DNA from: Bradyrhizobium sp.
GTDB taxonomy: Bacteria; Pseudomonadota; Alphaproteobacteria; Rhizobiales; Xanthobacteraceae
Direction: 5' to 3'
Length of the DNA: 64,000 bases
Assembly: GCA_035308285.1 (NCBI GenBank)
Contig: DATGGY010000243.1
Span: forward strand, 13-64,012
Part shown: positions 20,836 to 32,065 of the stretch, in pieces
Position numbering within the stretch: the stretch's first letter is position 1
How the letters are laid out: each line of letters begins with the position of its first letter
Translations under genes and position numbers: made by a program
Notes under the pieces: model-generated
Seen by the model: only the letters and a program-made list of their open reading frames with translations
Told to the model about the DNA's origin: nothing
Database searches by the model: none

Positions 20836-22137
20836 ATGCTGACCGAGCGCCGCCCGATCCTGCTCGCCAACGCCCGCGTGGTCGATCCGTCGCGCGATTT
20901 TGACGGCCCGGGCGATGTCCTGATCGCAGATGGCGTCATCCGCGACAACAAACGCGGCATTGGCGCGGCCGGCGTACCCGAGGGTACCGACGTCATCAAC
21001 TGTGCCGGCAAGATCGTGGCTCCCGGCCTGATCGACATGCGCGCCTTTGTCGGCGAGCCCGGCGCAAGCCACCGCGAGACATTTGCCTCCGCGAGCCAGG
21101 CGGCGGCAACCGGCGGGATCACCACCATCGTCTGCCAGCCCGCAACTTCGCCCGTGATCGACAACTCGGCGACGGTCGATTTCGTGCTGCGGCGCGCGCG
21201 CGACACCGCGATCGTCAACATCCATCCGATGGCGGCGCTGACCAAGGGCCTGCGCGGCGAGGAAATGACGGAGATCGGCCTGTTGAAGGCTGCCGGCGCG
21301 GTCGCCTTTACCGACGGCGACAGGAGCGTCACCAACGCGCAGGTAATGCGAAGGGCGCTGACCTATGCGCGCGATTTCGACGCCCTGATCGTCCATCACA
21401 CCGAAGACCCGCATCTGGTCGGCGAAGGCGTCATGAACGAGGGCGAATTCGCCACAAGACTGGGACTGTTCGGCATTCCCAATGCCGCCGAGGCGGTAAT
21501 GCTGGAGCGCGACGTGCGCTTGGTCGCGCTGACCGGCGGCCGCTATCACGCGGCATCGCTGACCTGCATCGAATCGCTGGAAATCCTCAAGCGCGCGCGC
21601 GAGGCGGGTCTGCAGGTCTCGGCTTCGGTCTCGATCAATCATGTGACTCTGAACGAAAACGACATCGGCCCCTACCGGACTTTTCTGAAACTGTCGCCGC
21701 CGCTGCGCACCGAGGACGACCGCACGGCAATGGTCGCAGCCGTTGCTTCCGGATTGATCGACGTCATCATGTCCGACCACAATCCGCAGGACGTCGAGGT
21801 CAAGCGCCTGCCGTTTGCGGAAGCCGCCTCCGGCGCGATCGGGCTTGAGACCATGCTGCCGGCAGCGCTTCGGCTGATCCACAACGGCGAGACGGATTTC
21901 AAGACCTTGATCCGCGCGATGTCGACGCGCCCTGCCGAATTGCTCGGCCTGCCCGGCGGGTCGCTGCGGCCGGGCTCGCCGGCCGACGTGATCGTGATCG
22001 ATACCGATACGCCCTGGGTCCTTGATCCCGACGATCTGAAATCGCAATGCAAGAACACCCCGTTCGACGAGGCGCGATTTTCGGGCCGCGTCGTGCGCAC
22101 CATCATCGGCGGACGGACCGTCTATGAGCATGTTTGA
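20836..22137 (+). CDS. pyrC: Dihydroorotase (PyrC/PyrC'-type, paired with PyrB)
   Basis: PGLIDM, AAATGGITT, PPLRT, SDHNP; the usual HxH reads MRA, so it may be the inactive PyrC' type. Confidence 0.85.
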   Translation: MLTERRPILLANARVVDPSRDFDGPGDVLIADGVIRDNKRGIGAAGVPEGTDVINCAGKIVAPGLIDMRAFVGEPGASHRETFASASQAAATGGITTIVCQPATSPVIDNSATVDFVLRRARDTAIVNIHPMAALTKGLRGEEMTEIGLLKAAGAVAFTDGDRSVTNAQVMRRALTYARDFDALIVHHTEDPHLVGEGVMNEGEFATRLGLFGIPNAAEAVMLERDVRLVALTGGRYHAASLTCIESLEILKRAREAGLQVSASVSINHVTLNENDIGPYRTFLKLSPPLRTEDDRTAMVAAVASGLIDVIMSDHNPQDVEVKRLPFAEAASGAIGLETMLPAALRLIHNGETDFKTLIRAMSTRPAELLGLPGGSLRPGSPADVIVIDTDTPWVLDPDDLKSQCKNTPFDEARFSGRVVRTIIGGRTVYEHV

Positions 22138-22197
22138 AGCCGCGTCACAAAGAGACCATGATGCGCGCGAAATCTGCAAGGCTTAGGAGGTGCGGAG

Positions 22198-22791
22198 ATG
22201 TCGGCTAGTGCATGGCTGCCGGTGGCACTTGTTCTCGGCTATTTGCTCGGCTCCATTCCCTTCGGATTGATCCTGACCAGATTGGCCGGCACGCAGGATT
22301 TGCGCTCGATCGGCTCGGGCAATATCGGCGCCACCAATGTGCTGCGCACCGGACGAAGGGGTCTTGCGGCGGCGACGCTGCTGCTCGACATGTTCAAGGG
22401 CACCGCCGCCGTCATCATCTCGGGCTATTACGGCGGTCCAAACGCCGCGATGCTGGCCGCGCTCGGCGCCTTTCTCGGCCATCTCTTCCCGGTATGGCTG
22501 AAGTTCAAGGGCGGCAAGGGCGTCGCGGTCTATATTGGCGTGCTGATCGGCCTGTTCTGGCCGGCCGCGGTGGCGTTTTGCGTGCTATGGCTTGCGACCG
22601 CCGTGACCTCGCGCTACTCCTCGCTCTCGGCGCTGGTTGCAAGCGTCATCACCCCGATTTTCCTGTGGTGGTTCGGCCACCCGGCGCTCGCCTCGCTGTT
22701 TGCGGTATTGACGTTGTTGCTGTTCTACATGCACCGCGAAAACATCAGGCGCTTGCAGGCGGGCACCGAGGGGAAAATCGGGCAGAAGTGA
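22198..22791 (+). CDS. plsY: Glycerol-3-phosphate acyltransferase
   Basis: [37 protein letters not shown]. Confidence 0.96.
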   Translation: MSASAWLPVALVLGYLLGSIPFGLILTRLAGTQDLRSIGSGNIGATNVLRTGRRGLAAATLLLDMFKGTAAVIISGYYGGPNAAMLAALGAFLGHLFPVWLKFKGGKGVAVYIGVLIGLFWPAAVAFCVLWLATAVTSRYSSLSALVASVITPIFLWWFGHPALASLFAVLTLLLFYMHRENIRRLQAGTEGKIGQK

Positions 22792-22850
22792 CGGGCGCAC
22801 CCCCTTCCCCACGCCCCTAGGTTGATCCATGCTCCCCTTTCGGGGGACGC

Positions 22851-23963
22851 ATGGACACCAAGACGCCAACCACAACACATCTCACCTCCGCCCAGCGGAT
22901 CGACTGGCTGCGGCTGATCCGTTCCGACAATGTCGGGCCGCGAACATTCCGTTCGCTGGTCAATCATTTCGGCAGCGCGCGCAACGCCCTGGAGCGGCTG
23001 CCCGATCTGGCGCGGCGCGGCGGCGCGGCGCGCCATCAGCGCATCTATAGCGAGGAAGAGGCGCGGGCCGAACTGGAGGCCGTCGAAGCGCTCGGCGTCA
23101 GCCTGATCGCGCCCGGCGAGGCCGGCTATCCGCCGCGGCTCGCGGTGCTCGACGATGCCCCGCCTCTGCTCGGCGTGCGCGGCGCGCGCGAAGTGCTGAT
23201 GCGGCCGATGATCGCGATCGTGGGCTCCCGCAATGCGTCCGGCGCGGGGCTGAAATTCGCTGGTCACCTTGCGCGAGACCTCGGCGACGCCGGCTTTGTC
23301 GTTGCCTCAGGCCTGGCGCGCGGCATCGATCAAGCCGCCCATCGTGCCAGCCTCGCCGGCGGCACGGTGGCGATGCTTGCCGGCGGTCATGACAAGGTCT
23401 ATCCGCCCGAGCACAAAGACTTGCTGGCCGAAATCATCGCTGCCGGCGGCGCGATCTCGGAAATGCCGCTTGGACACGTGCCGCGCGCCCGCGACTTTCC
23501 AAGGCGCAACCGGCTGATTTCCGGCGCGAGCCTCGGTGTGGTCGTCGTGGAGGCAGCGCATCGCTCGGGATCGCTTATCACCGCGCGGATTGCCGCCGAA
23601 CAAGGACGTGAAGTGTTCGCGGTACCCGGCTCTCCGCTCGATCCGCGCGCCGCCGGAACCAACGATCTGATCAAACAGGGCGCAACCCTCATTACCGAAG
23701 CATCCGACGTGATCCAGGCGGTCGAGCCGATCATGGAGCGGCCGATCGAACTGCGCGAGCCCGATGAGGACCCGCTTGCCGTCGAACCCGATGCGAGCGA
23801 TCGGACCCGCATCACAGGTCTGTTGGGACCTGTTCCCATTCTGCTCGACGACCTGATCCGGATGGCCGGCGCTTCGCCGGCGATCGTGCGCACCGTCTTG
23901 CTCGAGCTTGAACTTGCCGGACGGCTCGAGCGCCACGGCGGCGGGCTGGTGTCGCTTCTGTAA
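22851..23963 (+). CDS. dprA: DNA-processing protein A
   Basis: [34 protein letters not shown]; C-terminal LELELAG. Confidence 0.96.
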   Translation: MDTKTPTTTHLTSAQRIDWLRLIRSDNVGPRTFRSLVNHFGSARNALERLPDLARRGGAARHQRIYSEEEARAELEAVEALGVSLIAPGEAGYPPRLAVLDDAPPLLGVRGAREVLMRPMIAIVGSRNASGAGLKFAGHLARDLGDAGFVVASGLARGIDQAAHRASLAGGTVAMLAGGHDKVYPPEHKDLLAEIIAAGGAISEMPLGHVPRARDFPRRNRLISGASLGVVVVEAAHRSGSLITARIAAEQGREVFAVPGSPLDPRAAGTNDLIKQGATLITEASDVIQAVEPIMERPIELREPDEDPLAVEPDASDRTRITGLLGPVPILLDDLIRMAGASPAIVRTVLLELELAGRLERHGGGLVSLL

Positions 23964-24244
23964 GCGCAAAACTATAGCCAAACGCCTGAACGCCCGTGAG
24001 GACAGCGATCAGGAATAGGTCAAAACACCTCCAGTGCCGTGTATTTTCCAAGGCTACTCTTATCGAGAGTGCAACTTTAGAGCGTATTTTACAACTTTTT
24101 GGATAGGACTGAGGTGCCCTTAAGCGTGCTTTCAACATCTGTCGATTTGACAGGGACCGCCTCACCACCCATGTTCGGGTCGAAACGGCCGACGCGAATC
24201 TCGCGGAACCGGCCTTTATTTTTCCCGTAAGCCATTGGAATGAC

Positions 24245-26977
24245 ATGAATATCGTCATTGTCGAGTCGCCGGCGAAAGCCAAGACGATCAACAAATATTT
24301 GGGTGCCTCCTACGAGGTTCTGGCTTCTTTCGGCCACGTCCGCGACCTCCCGGCCAAGAATGGATCGGTCGATCCCGAGGCCAACTTCCAGATGATCTGG
24401 GAGATCGACCCCAAGGCGGCAGGCCGGCTCAATGATATCGCCAAGGCGCTCAAGGGCGCCAACAAGCTTATTCTCGCCACCGACCCCGATCGCGAGGGCG
24501 AAGCGATTTCCTGGCACGTGCTTGAAGTGCTCAAGGAGAAGCGCGCGCTGAAGGATCACGCGGTCGAGCGCGTGGTGTTCAACGCCATCACCAAGCAGGC
24601 CGTCTCGGAGGCCATGAAGCACCCGCGCCAGATCGATGGCGCGCTGGTCGACGCCTACATGGCGCGGCGCGCGCTGGATTATCTGGTCGGCTTCACGCTC
24701 TCACCGGTGCTGTGGCGCAAACTGCCGGGGGCGCGCTCCGCCGGACGCGTGCAGTCGGTCGCGCTGCGGCTGGTGTGCGATCGCGAACTCGAAATAGAGA
24801 AATTCGTAGCCCGCGAATATTGGTCGCTGGTCGTAACGCTTGCGACCCCCCGCGGCGAGACGTTCGAAGCGCGCCTGGTCGGCGCTGACGGCAAGAAGAT
24901 CCAGCGGCTCGACATCGGCAGCGGCGCTGAGGCCGAAGACTTCAAGAAGGCGATCGAGGCCGCCAATTTCACCGTCACGACGGTTGAAGCAAAACCGGCG
25001 CGGCGCAATCCGCAAGCCCCCTTCACCACCTCGACGCTGCAGCAGGAGGCGAGCCGAAAACTCGGCTTTGCGCCGGCCCACACCATGCGGATCGCGCAAC
25101 GTCTTTATGAAGGCATCGATATCGGCGGCGAGACCACCGGCCTCATCACCTATATGCGAACTGACGGCGTGCAGATCGACGGTTCGGCCATCGCACAGGC
25201 CCGCAAGGTCATCGGCGAGGATTACGGCAACGCCTATGTGCCGGATGCGCCGCGCCAGTACCAGACCAAGGCCAAGAACGCGCAGGAAGCGCATGAAGCG
25301 ATCCGCCCGACCGACCTTTCGAGGCGGCCGGCCGACATGCGGCGCCGCCTCGATCCCGATCAGGCCAAGCTCTATGAACTGATCTGGATCCGCACCGTCG
25401 CAAGCCAGATGGAATCCGCCGAGCTCGAACGCACCACCGTCGACATTGCCGCGAAGGCCGGCTCCCGCGTGCTGGAACTTCGTGCCTCCGGCCAGGTGAT
25501 CAAGTTCGACGGCTTCCTTGCACTCTATCAGGAAGGCCGCGACGACGACAGCGACGACGAGGACAGCCGCCGCCTCCCCGCCATGAGCCAAGGCGAAGCG
25601 CTAAAGCGCAGGGATCTCGCGGTCAGCCAGCATTTTACCGAGCCGCCGCCGCGCTTCTCCGAGGCTTCCCTGGTCAAGCGGATGGAGGAGCTCGGCATCG
25701 GCCGTCCCTCGACCTACGCCTCGATCCTGCAGGTGCTGAAGGACCGCGGCTATGTCAGGCTCGAGAAGAAGCGCCTGCATGGCGAGGACAAGGGCCGCGT
25801 CGTGGTCGCTTTCCTGGAAAACTTCTTCGCGCGCTATGTCGAATATGATTTCACCGCAGCGCTTGAAGAGCAGCTCGACCGCATCTCCAACAACGAGATT
25901 TCCTGGCAGCAGGTTCTGAAGGATTTCTGGCGCGACTTCATCGGCGCGGTGAACGAAATCAAGGACCTGCGGGTGACGCAGGTATTGGATGCGCTCGACG
26001 ACATGCTGGGACCGCATATCTATGCGCCCCGCGAGGACGGCGGCGATCCCCGGCAATGCCCGAGCTGCAGCACCGGCAAACTCAACCTCAAGGCCGGCAA
26101 ATTCGGCGCCTTTGTCGGCTGCTCCAACTATCCAGAGTGCCGATACACGCGTCCGCTAGCCGCCGACAACGAGGCCAGCGCCGACCGCATCCTCGGCAAG
26201 GATCCCGAGACCGGTCGCGACGTCACCGTGAAGGCCGGGCGGTTTGGTCCCTATATCCAGCTCGGCGAGCCTAAGGATTATGCGGAAGGCGAAAAGCCAA
26301 AGCGTGCGGGTATCCCGAAGAACATCTCGCCCTCCGACATCGAACTCCCTATGGCGCTGAAGTTGCTCTCGCTGCCGCGCGAAGTCGGCCTGCATCCGGA
26401 GACCGGCCAGCCGATCACCGCAGGGCTGGGCCGCTTCGGGCCTTTCGTACGCCACGACAAGACCTACGCCAGCCTCGAGGCCGGCGATGAAGTCTTCGAT
26501 ATCGGTCTCAACCGCGCCGTTACGCTGATTGCGGAGAAGATCGCCAAGGGTCCGAGCGGCCGCCGGTTCGGCGCCGATCCGGGCAAGCCGCTGGGCGATC
26601 ATCCGTCGCTCGGCGCCGTTGCGGTCAAGAACGGCCGCTATGGCGCCTATGTCACGGCCGGCGGCGTCAACGCCACGATCCCGAGCGATAAGACCCAGGA
26701 CACCATCACGTTGCCGGAAGCAATTGCGCTCATCGACGAACGCGTGGCCAAGGGCGGCGGCGCCAAACGTGGCGGTAAGAAAGCCAAAGCGGCCGTCGTG
26801 CCGGCCAAGGTCGAGGCGGAGGCCAAGCCAGCCAAGAAGGTCGCCGTGAAGAAATCCACCGCGAAGCCGAAATCGGAGGCCACCAGCAAGGCGCGCGCGC
26901 CGGTGACGGCGAAAACGTCGCCTTCGAAAGCGGCAAAACCCGTCGCCAAGAAGAGCGTCGGCAAGGCAAGCCGATAG
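24245..26977 (+). CDS. topA: DNA topoisomerase I
   Basis: IVESPAKAKTI, ATDPDREGEAI, LITYMRTD, zinc ribbon, Lys-rich tail. Confidence 0.98.
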   Translation: MNIVIVESPAKAKTINKYLGASYEVLASFGHVRDLPAKNGSVDPEANFQMIWEIDPKAAGRLNDIAKALKGANKLILATDPDREGEAISWHVLEVLKEKRALKDHAVERVVFNAITKQAVSEAMKHPRQIDGALVDAYMARRALDYLVGFTLSPVLWRKLPGARSAGRVQSVALRLVCDRELEIEKFVAREYWSLVVTLATPRGETFEARLVGADGKKIQRLDIGSGAEAEDFKKAIEAANFTVTTVEAKPARRNPQAPFTTSTLQQEASRKLGFAPAHTMRIAQRLYEGIDIGGETTGLITYMRTDGVQIDGSAIAQARKVIGEDYGNAYVPDAPRQYQTKAKNAQEAHEAIRPTDLSRRPADMRRRLDPDQAKLYELIWIRTVASQMESAELERTTVDIAAKAGSRVLELRASGQVIKFDGFLALYQEGRDDDSDDEDSRRLPAMSQGEALKRRDLAVSQHFTEPPPRFSEASLVKRMEELGIGRPSTYASILQVLKDRGYVRLEKKRLHGEDKGRVVVAFLENFFARYVEYDFTAALEEQLDRISNNEISWQQVLKDFWRDFIGAVNEIKDLRVTQVLDALDDMLGPHIYAPREDGGDPRQCPSCSTGKLNLKAGKFGAFVGCSNYPECRYTRPLAADNEASADRILGKDPETGRDVTVKAGRFGPYIQLGEPKDYAEGEKPKRAGIPKNISPSDIELPMALKLLSLPREVGLHPETGQPITAGLGRFGPFVRHDKTYASLEAGDEVFDIGLNRAVTLIAEKIAKGPSGRRFGADPGKPLGDHPSLGAVAVKNGRYGAYVTAGGVNATIPSDKTQDTITLPEAIALIDERVAKGGGAKRGGKKAKAAVVPAKVEAEAKPAKKVAVKKSTAKPKSEATSKARAPVTAKTSPSKAAKPVAKKSVGKASR

Positions 26978-26978
26978 A

Positions 26979-29303
26979 GTGGCAAAGCAACGCGACAGCG
27001 GCTTTCCGACTGTAGACGCTATCGTCGCCTTCATCCGCGCGAATCCGGGAAAGATCGGTACCCGCGAAATCGCACGCGAGTTCGGCCTGAAAAACGCCGA
27101 CCGCGCCGAGTTGAAACGCATCCTGCGCGAACTCGCCGACAAGGGAGCGATCAAGAAGCGCGGCAAGGAGATCAGCGAGCCCGAAATCCTTCCCGCAACC
27201 TTGATGGCCGACATCGCCACCCGCGACAGCGACGGCGAGCTGATCGCGATCCCTGCCGAATGGGACGAGGTGGAAAGCGGCGAGCCGCCGAAAATCCGCA
27301 TCCATGTCCCACGGAGGCCGCAACCAGGCACGGCGGCAGGCGTCGGCGACCGTGCGCTGCTCCGCGTCGAGAAGCTAGAGGAGCGCGACCGCGAGGGCAC
27401 GGTCTATCGCGGGCGCATCATCAAGGTCATCGATCATGCCAAGACGCGCGTGCTCGGAATCTTCCGCGCGCTGCCGGGTGGCGGCGGACGCCTGGTCCCG
27501 GTCGACAAGAAGCAGGCCGGCCGTGAATTGAACATCGCCAAGGCCGATACGGGAGGTGCCGCGGACGGCGATCTCGTCAGCGTCGATCTGGTGCGCACGC
27601 GCAGCCATGGGCTCGCGTCCGGCAAGGTCAAGGAGCGGCTCGGCTCGCTCGCTTCGGAAAAAGCGGTCAGCCTGATCGCGATCCATGCCCACGAAATCCC
27701 CCAAGCCTTTTCACCGGCCGCGTTGCGCGAGGCCGATGAAGCAAAGCCCGCCGCATTGAAGGGCCGTGAGGATTGGCGCGACGTTCCGCTTGTCACCATC
27801 GATCCGCCCGACGCCAAGGATCACGACGACGCGGTTCATGCCGAGCCCGACCCCGACCCGAACAACAGAGGCGGCTACATCGTCAGTGTCGCGATCGCTG
27901 ACGTCGCGTTCTATGTGAGGGCGGGGTCCGCGCTCGACCGCGACGCGCTGACGCGCGGCAATTCGGTGTATTTTCCCGACCGCGTGGTGCCGATGCTGCC
28001 CGAGCGCATCTCCAACGATCTGTGCTCGCTGGTGCCGGGTGAGCCGCGCGGGGCGCTGGCGGTGCGGATCGTGATCGGCAATGATGGCCGCAAGCGTTCG
28101 CACGGCTTCCATCGCGTCCTGATGCGCTCAGCCGCAAAACTCCACTACGCGCAGGCGCAGGCCGCCATCGACGGCAGGCCCGATGACGCGACCGGCCCCC
28201 TGCTCGTCCCCATCCTGAAGCCGCTCTATGACGCTTATGCGGTGGTCAAGCGCGCCCGCGACGAGCGCGACCCGCTCGACCTCGACATTCCCGAGCGCAA
28301 GATCCTCTTGAAGGCGGATGGAACCGTCGATCGGGTGATCGTTCCGGAGCGGCTCGACGCGCACAAATTGATCGAAGAGTTCATGATTTTGGCCAACGTC
28401 GCCGCCGCCGAAATGCTTGAACGGAAAACGCTGCCGCTTATCTACCGGGTGCACGATGAGCCGACGCTTGAGAAGGTTCATGCCCTGCAGGAATTCCTGA
28501 AAACCCTCGATCTGCCGTTCGCCAAGAGCGGCGCCCTGCGCCCCGCGCTGTTCAATCGCGTGCTGGCGCAGGTCAAAGGCCATGACGCTGAATCGCTGGT
28601 GAATGAAGTGGTGCTGCGCTCGCAAGCCCAGGCCGAATATTCGGCCGAGAATTACGGCCATTTCGGCCTGAATCTGCGGCGCTACGCCCACTTCACCTCA
28701 CCGATCCGACGTTACGCCGACCTTGTCGTGCATCGCGCCTTGATCAGGGGCCTGGGCCTTGGCGAGGGCGCTCTGCCGGAGAGCGAGACGGTGGAAAGCC
28801 TGAGCGAGGTCGCCGCGCAAATCTCCGTCACCGAGCGGCGCGCCATGAAGGCGGAGCGCGAAACCGCCGACCGCCTGATCGCGCATTTTCTTGCCGACCG
28901 GATTGGCGCGACTTTCCAGGGCCGCATCTCCGGCGTTACCCGTGCCGGGCTTTTTGTCAAACTTTCAGATACCGGCGCCGATGGCCTGATCCCGATCCGC
29001 ACGCTCGGAGGCGAATATTTCAACTATGACGAGACGCGTCATGCGCTGGTCGGCTCGCGTAGCGGTGTCATGCACCGGTTGGGGGACATCGTCGACGTTC
29101 GTCTGGTAGAAGCTGTCCCCGTCGCCGGCGCTTTGCGGTTTGAACTGCTGTCGGAAGGCAATCTCCCCTCGCGCGGACGCAAGCAGCAACCTTCCAGGCC
29201 ACAGGCCAAAGCCCATCCCGGCCGCAGCCACGACAGGAAGGATCGCAAGCCCGGCATGGCCAAATCCGGCAAATCGAAGAAAGGCAAGTCATGGAAACGT
29301 TGA
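26979..29303 (+). CDS. rnr: Ribonuclease R
   Basis: TIDPPDAKDHDDA, HFTSPIRRYADL, S1 domain, basic tail. Confidence 0.96.
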   Translation: MAKQRDSGFPTVDAIVAFIRANPGKIGTREIAREFGLKNADRAELKRILRELADKGAIKKRGKEISEPEILPATLMADIATRDSDGELIAIPAEWDEVESGEPPKIRIHVPRRPQPGTAAGVGDRALLRVEKLEERDREGTVYRGRIIKVIDHAKTRVLGIFRALPGGGGRLVPVDKKQAGRELNIAKADTGGAADGDLVSVDLVRTRSHGLASGKVKERLGSLASEKAVSLIAIHAHEIPQAFSPAALREADEAKPAALKGREDWRDVPLVTIDPPDAKDHDDAVHAEPDPDPNNRGGYIVSVAIADVAFYVRAGSALDRDALTRGNSVYFPDRVVPMLPERISNDLCSLVPGEPRGALAVRIVIGNDGRKRSHGFHRVLMRSAAKLHYAQAQAAIDGRPDDATGPLLVPILKPLYDAYAVVKRARDERDPLDLDIPERKILLKADGTVDRVIVPERLDAHKLIEEFMILANVAAAEMLERKTLPLIYRVHDEPTLEKVHALQEFLKTLDLPFAKSGALRPALFNRVLAQVKGHDAESLVNEVVLRSQAQAEYSAENYGHFGLNLRRYAHFTSPIRRYADLVVHRALIRGLGLGEGALPESETVESLSEVAAQISVTERRAMKAERETADRLIAHFLADRIGATFQGRISGVTRAGLFVKLSDTGADGLIPIRTLGGEYFNYDETRHALVGSRSGVMHRLGDIVDVRLVEAVPVAGALRFELLSEGNLPSRGRKQQPSRPQAKAHPGRSHDRKDRKPGMAKSGKSKKGKSWKR

Positions 29304-29719
29304 GCGGGCATCCCGTGGTCTGGAGCCGGGATTCCGAACCCGCCGAGAAGCGCGACGTCTGGACCGGATTGAAGCGCGGCTTCTGCGGCCGCTGCCCGCG
29401 CTGCGGCGAAGGCAAACTGTTTCGCGCCTTCCTGAAGGTCGACGATCGCTGTTCGAATTGCGGGCAGGATTTCACGCCGCACCGCGCCGACGATCTGCCG
29501 GCCTATCTCGTCATTATCATCGTCGGCCACATCGTGGTGCCGCTCGCGCTTTTGATCGAAACCAACTACTCGCCCCCGGTGGGGCTTCAGCTCGCGATCT
29601 ATTTGCCGCTGACCTTCATCGCCTCATTGGCGCTGCTGCAGCCGGTCAAGGGTGCCGTGGTCGGGATGCAATGGGCCTTGCGCATGCATGGGTTTGACGA
29701 AGAGAACCCGGAGCCATAG
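29291..29719 (+). CDS. DUF983 family membrane protein
   Basis: GRCPRCGEGKLF, CSNCG, RADDLPAY, two TM helices. Confidence 0.88.
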   Translation: METLSGHPVVWSRDSEPAEKRDVWTGLKRGFCGRCPRCGEGKLFRAFLKVDDRCSNCGQDFTPHRADDLPAYLVIIIVGHIVVPLALLIETNYSPPVGLQLAIYLPLTFIASLALLQPVKGAVVGMQWALRMHGFDEENPEP

Positions 29720-29766
29720 ACCGTTCGCTCCGACGACAATTACGAAGAGACGGGCCGTGGCACGCG

Positions 29767-30498
29767 ATGAGTGAAAGCGCAACTAACCAAAAGGAAGCCG
29801 ACCATCACCCCTATCGCCGTCCGGTCGATGCCGCCACGCTGATCCTCGTCGATCGAACCGCCGCAACGCCAAAGGTCCTGGTCGGCAAGCGCCACGACAA
29901 GGTGGTGTTCATGCCGGGCAAGTTCGTCTTTCCCGGCGGGCGCGTCGACAAAACCGATAGCCGGGTCCCGGTCGCTGCCCCCATCCCGAAGGCGCTTGAA
30001 GCAAACCTGTTGAGGGGGCGCCCGAAGATCTCACCATCGCGCGCGCGTTCGCTCGCGGTCGCCGCCATCCGTGAGGCCTGCGAGGAAACCGGCCTTTGCC
30101 TCGGGCGCAAGGTTACCGGGACGATGCCGGCACTCACGGGTCCGTGGACGCCCTTTGCCGATGCAGGCCTCCTGCCCGATCCTTCCGGCCTCTATCTGAT
30201 CACGCGCGCGATCACCCCGCCCGGCCGTATCAGGCGCTTCGACACGCGGTTCTTCACGGCCGACGTTTCCGCCATTACCCATCGCGTCGAGGGCGTGATC
30301 CATGCCGATGCGGAGTTGGTGGAACTGGTCTGGGTCGAGATCGGGTCTAAGCCGCTCGCCGACCTGCACCCGATGACCAAGAACGTGCTCAACGAGCTGG
30401 AACGACGCCTCGCGACAGGTCCGCTGCGGCACGAGGCGGCTATCCCGTTTTTCCGTTTCTACGGCGGCAGGATGCGCCGGGATGTGTTGGAGGCATAG
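29767..30498 (+). CDS. NUDIX hydrolase
   Basis: FVFPGGRVD...AAIREACEETG, ITPPGRIRRFDTRFF. Confidence 0.9.
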   Translation: MSESATNQKEADHHPYRRPVDAATLILVDRTAATPKVLVGKRHDKVVFMPGKFVFPGGRVDKTDSRVPVAAPIPKALEANLLRGRPKISPSRARSLAVAAIREACEETGLCLGRKVTGTMPALTGPWTPFADAGLLPDPSGLYLITRAITPPGRIRRFDTRFFTADVSAITHRVEGVIHADAELVELVWVEIGSKPLADLHPMTKNVLNELERRLATGPLRHEAAIPFFRFYGGRMRRDVLEA

Positions 30499-30684
30499 CG
30501 CTCAGCGCCTCGTCGCTTTTCTTGCTTGAATCGGCCGAAAAAGGCCGCGCCTTTGCTGAGAACGAGCAGAAAGGAGTCGAGTCAATCGCAGGAGGCCGCC
30601 GCATGCAGCGGGAAATGAGGTCCTTGAAAATCGATTTCCAATCGTCTTCGCCGGACCGAACAGACAAATTGAGTGAGGTTGACC

Positions 30685-31650
30685 ATGCGTTTCTGGATTT
30701 GGTTCGTTTTCGGAGTCTGGATCGCGGCATTTTCGAATCCGGCGCAAGCCGAGTACCCGGAGAGGTTGATTACTCTGATAGTCGGTGTACCTCCGGGAGG
30801 GGCGGGCGATCTGGTTGCACGGCAGTTTGCGAATCGGCTTTCCGAATTGCTCAATCAAAATGTAGTCATCGAAAATCGGGGAGGTGCGGCTGGCACAATT
30901 GCCGCCGCACTCACGGCGCGAGCGGCGGCAGATGGCTATACCCTGCTTCTGTCGTCGATCGCTACTCACTGCACCGCTCCGGTCGTCTATAAGAATATAG
31001 CTTACGATCCTTCCAAGGATTTCTCGCACATTGGTTTGATAGCGACAGCACCGGCGATGCTCAGTGTTAATTCCGCGCTACCCATTCATTCGGTCGCTGA
31101 TCTCGTCACGTATGCCCGAAGCAAACCTAGCGAACTGAATTTCGGGTCTTCCGGCAACGGCAGCGGACCGCAGCTCTGGGGAGAGATGTTCATGGCCGCA
31201 TCGGGTGTAAAGCTGACCCACGTTCCGTACAAAGGATCAGGTCCTGCGGTGATCGACCTGCTTGCCGGCAGAATTCAAATGATGTTCGATGCGGCGGCGG
31301 CTCAAATCTCAGGTATACAGACCGGGCAATTGCGTCCGCTAGCTGTAATGAGTACCGAACGCTCAATTTTTTTTCCCGACGTCCCAACGATGGCCGAGGC
31401 CGGCTATCCCTCGGTCACAGCCAATTTGTGGTACGGCCTTTCCGGTCCTGCGAATCTGCCGTCGGGCATAGTGGCTCGGCTTGAAGGTGCTTTGCAAAAA
31501 ATTGCGACAATGCCCGATTTTCAGGAATCGTTGAAGCAAGTTGGCCTCCTGTCCACGCCGATGTCCGCACAGGCATATTTCCAGTTCATTCTGGATGAGA
31601 ACGATAGGTACCGAAAAATCGCGCGAGCCGCCGATATAACGGTCGAATAA
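30685..31650 (+). CDS. Bug/TctC tripartite tricarboxylate transporter substrate-binding protein (intact copy)
   Basis: Signal peptide, YPERLITLIVGVPPGGAGD, ENRGGAAG, ADGYTLL, HVPYKGSGPA, PDVPT. Confidence 0.93.
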   Translation: MRFWIWFVFGVWIAAFSNPAQAEYPERLITLIVGVPPGGAGDLVARQFANRLSELLNQNVVIENRGGAAGTIAAALTARAAADGYTLLLSSIATHCTAPVVYKNIAYDPSKDFSHIGLIATAPAMLSVNSALPIHSVADLVTYARSKPSELNFGSSGNGSGPQLWGEMFMAASGVKLTHVPYKGSGPAVIDLLAGRIQMMFDAAAAQISGIQTGQLRPLAVMSTERSIFFPDVPTMAEAGYPSVTANLWYGLSGPANLPSGIVARLEGALQKIATMPDFQESLKQVGLLSTPMSAQAYFQFILDENDRYRKIARAADITVE

Positions 31651-32065
31651 CATCGGCGGGTTATCGGAACTATGGCTGTGTTTTTGTCGTAAGTCTGAGC
31701 CACGCCGAAAAATCGCCAAGCGCTGGAGCGGATTCGGTACATCGCCAAAGGCCTCCGAGAGACCTTCAAGATAAACCGTCGGAAAGTTCACCGATAAGGT
31801 TTGGTCGCAAAGCTTATCAGTCCTCGTAGGCGGCTCTCCATCAATAGGTAGTCGCGATAGGTAACGGGTTCGCCGTACTCCGAACCACTGACGTAACCAA
31901 TCTGCTGACTGAAGACGAATTACGCGATTGACGGCTAGTGGGCGCCGGCTCAAAGGTTTCATGGAGGGGATAGCTCCAATGGCAGACCCCGCAGTGCGGC
32001 AAGGAAAGACAGGCCTGGTACTTGTTTGATAGCCTCAACCTGTGGTAGGTATCTGTGTTTTAGAA

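Noticed and set aside
26760-26977. Lys/Ala-rich low-complexity tail of TopA
   Set aside because: Normal feature of alphaproteobacterial TopA.
30499-30644. Possible regulator remnant upstream of the Bug gene
   Set aside because: No frame gives a recognisable motif; cannot be supported without a search.
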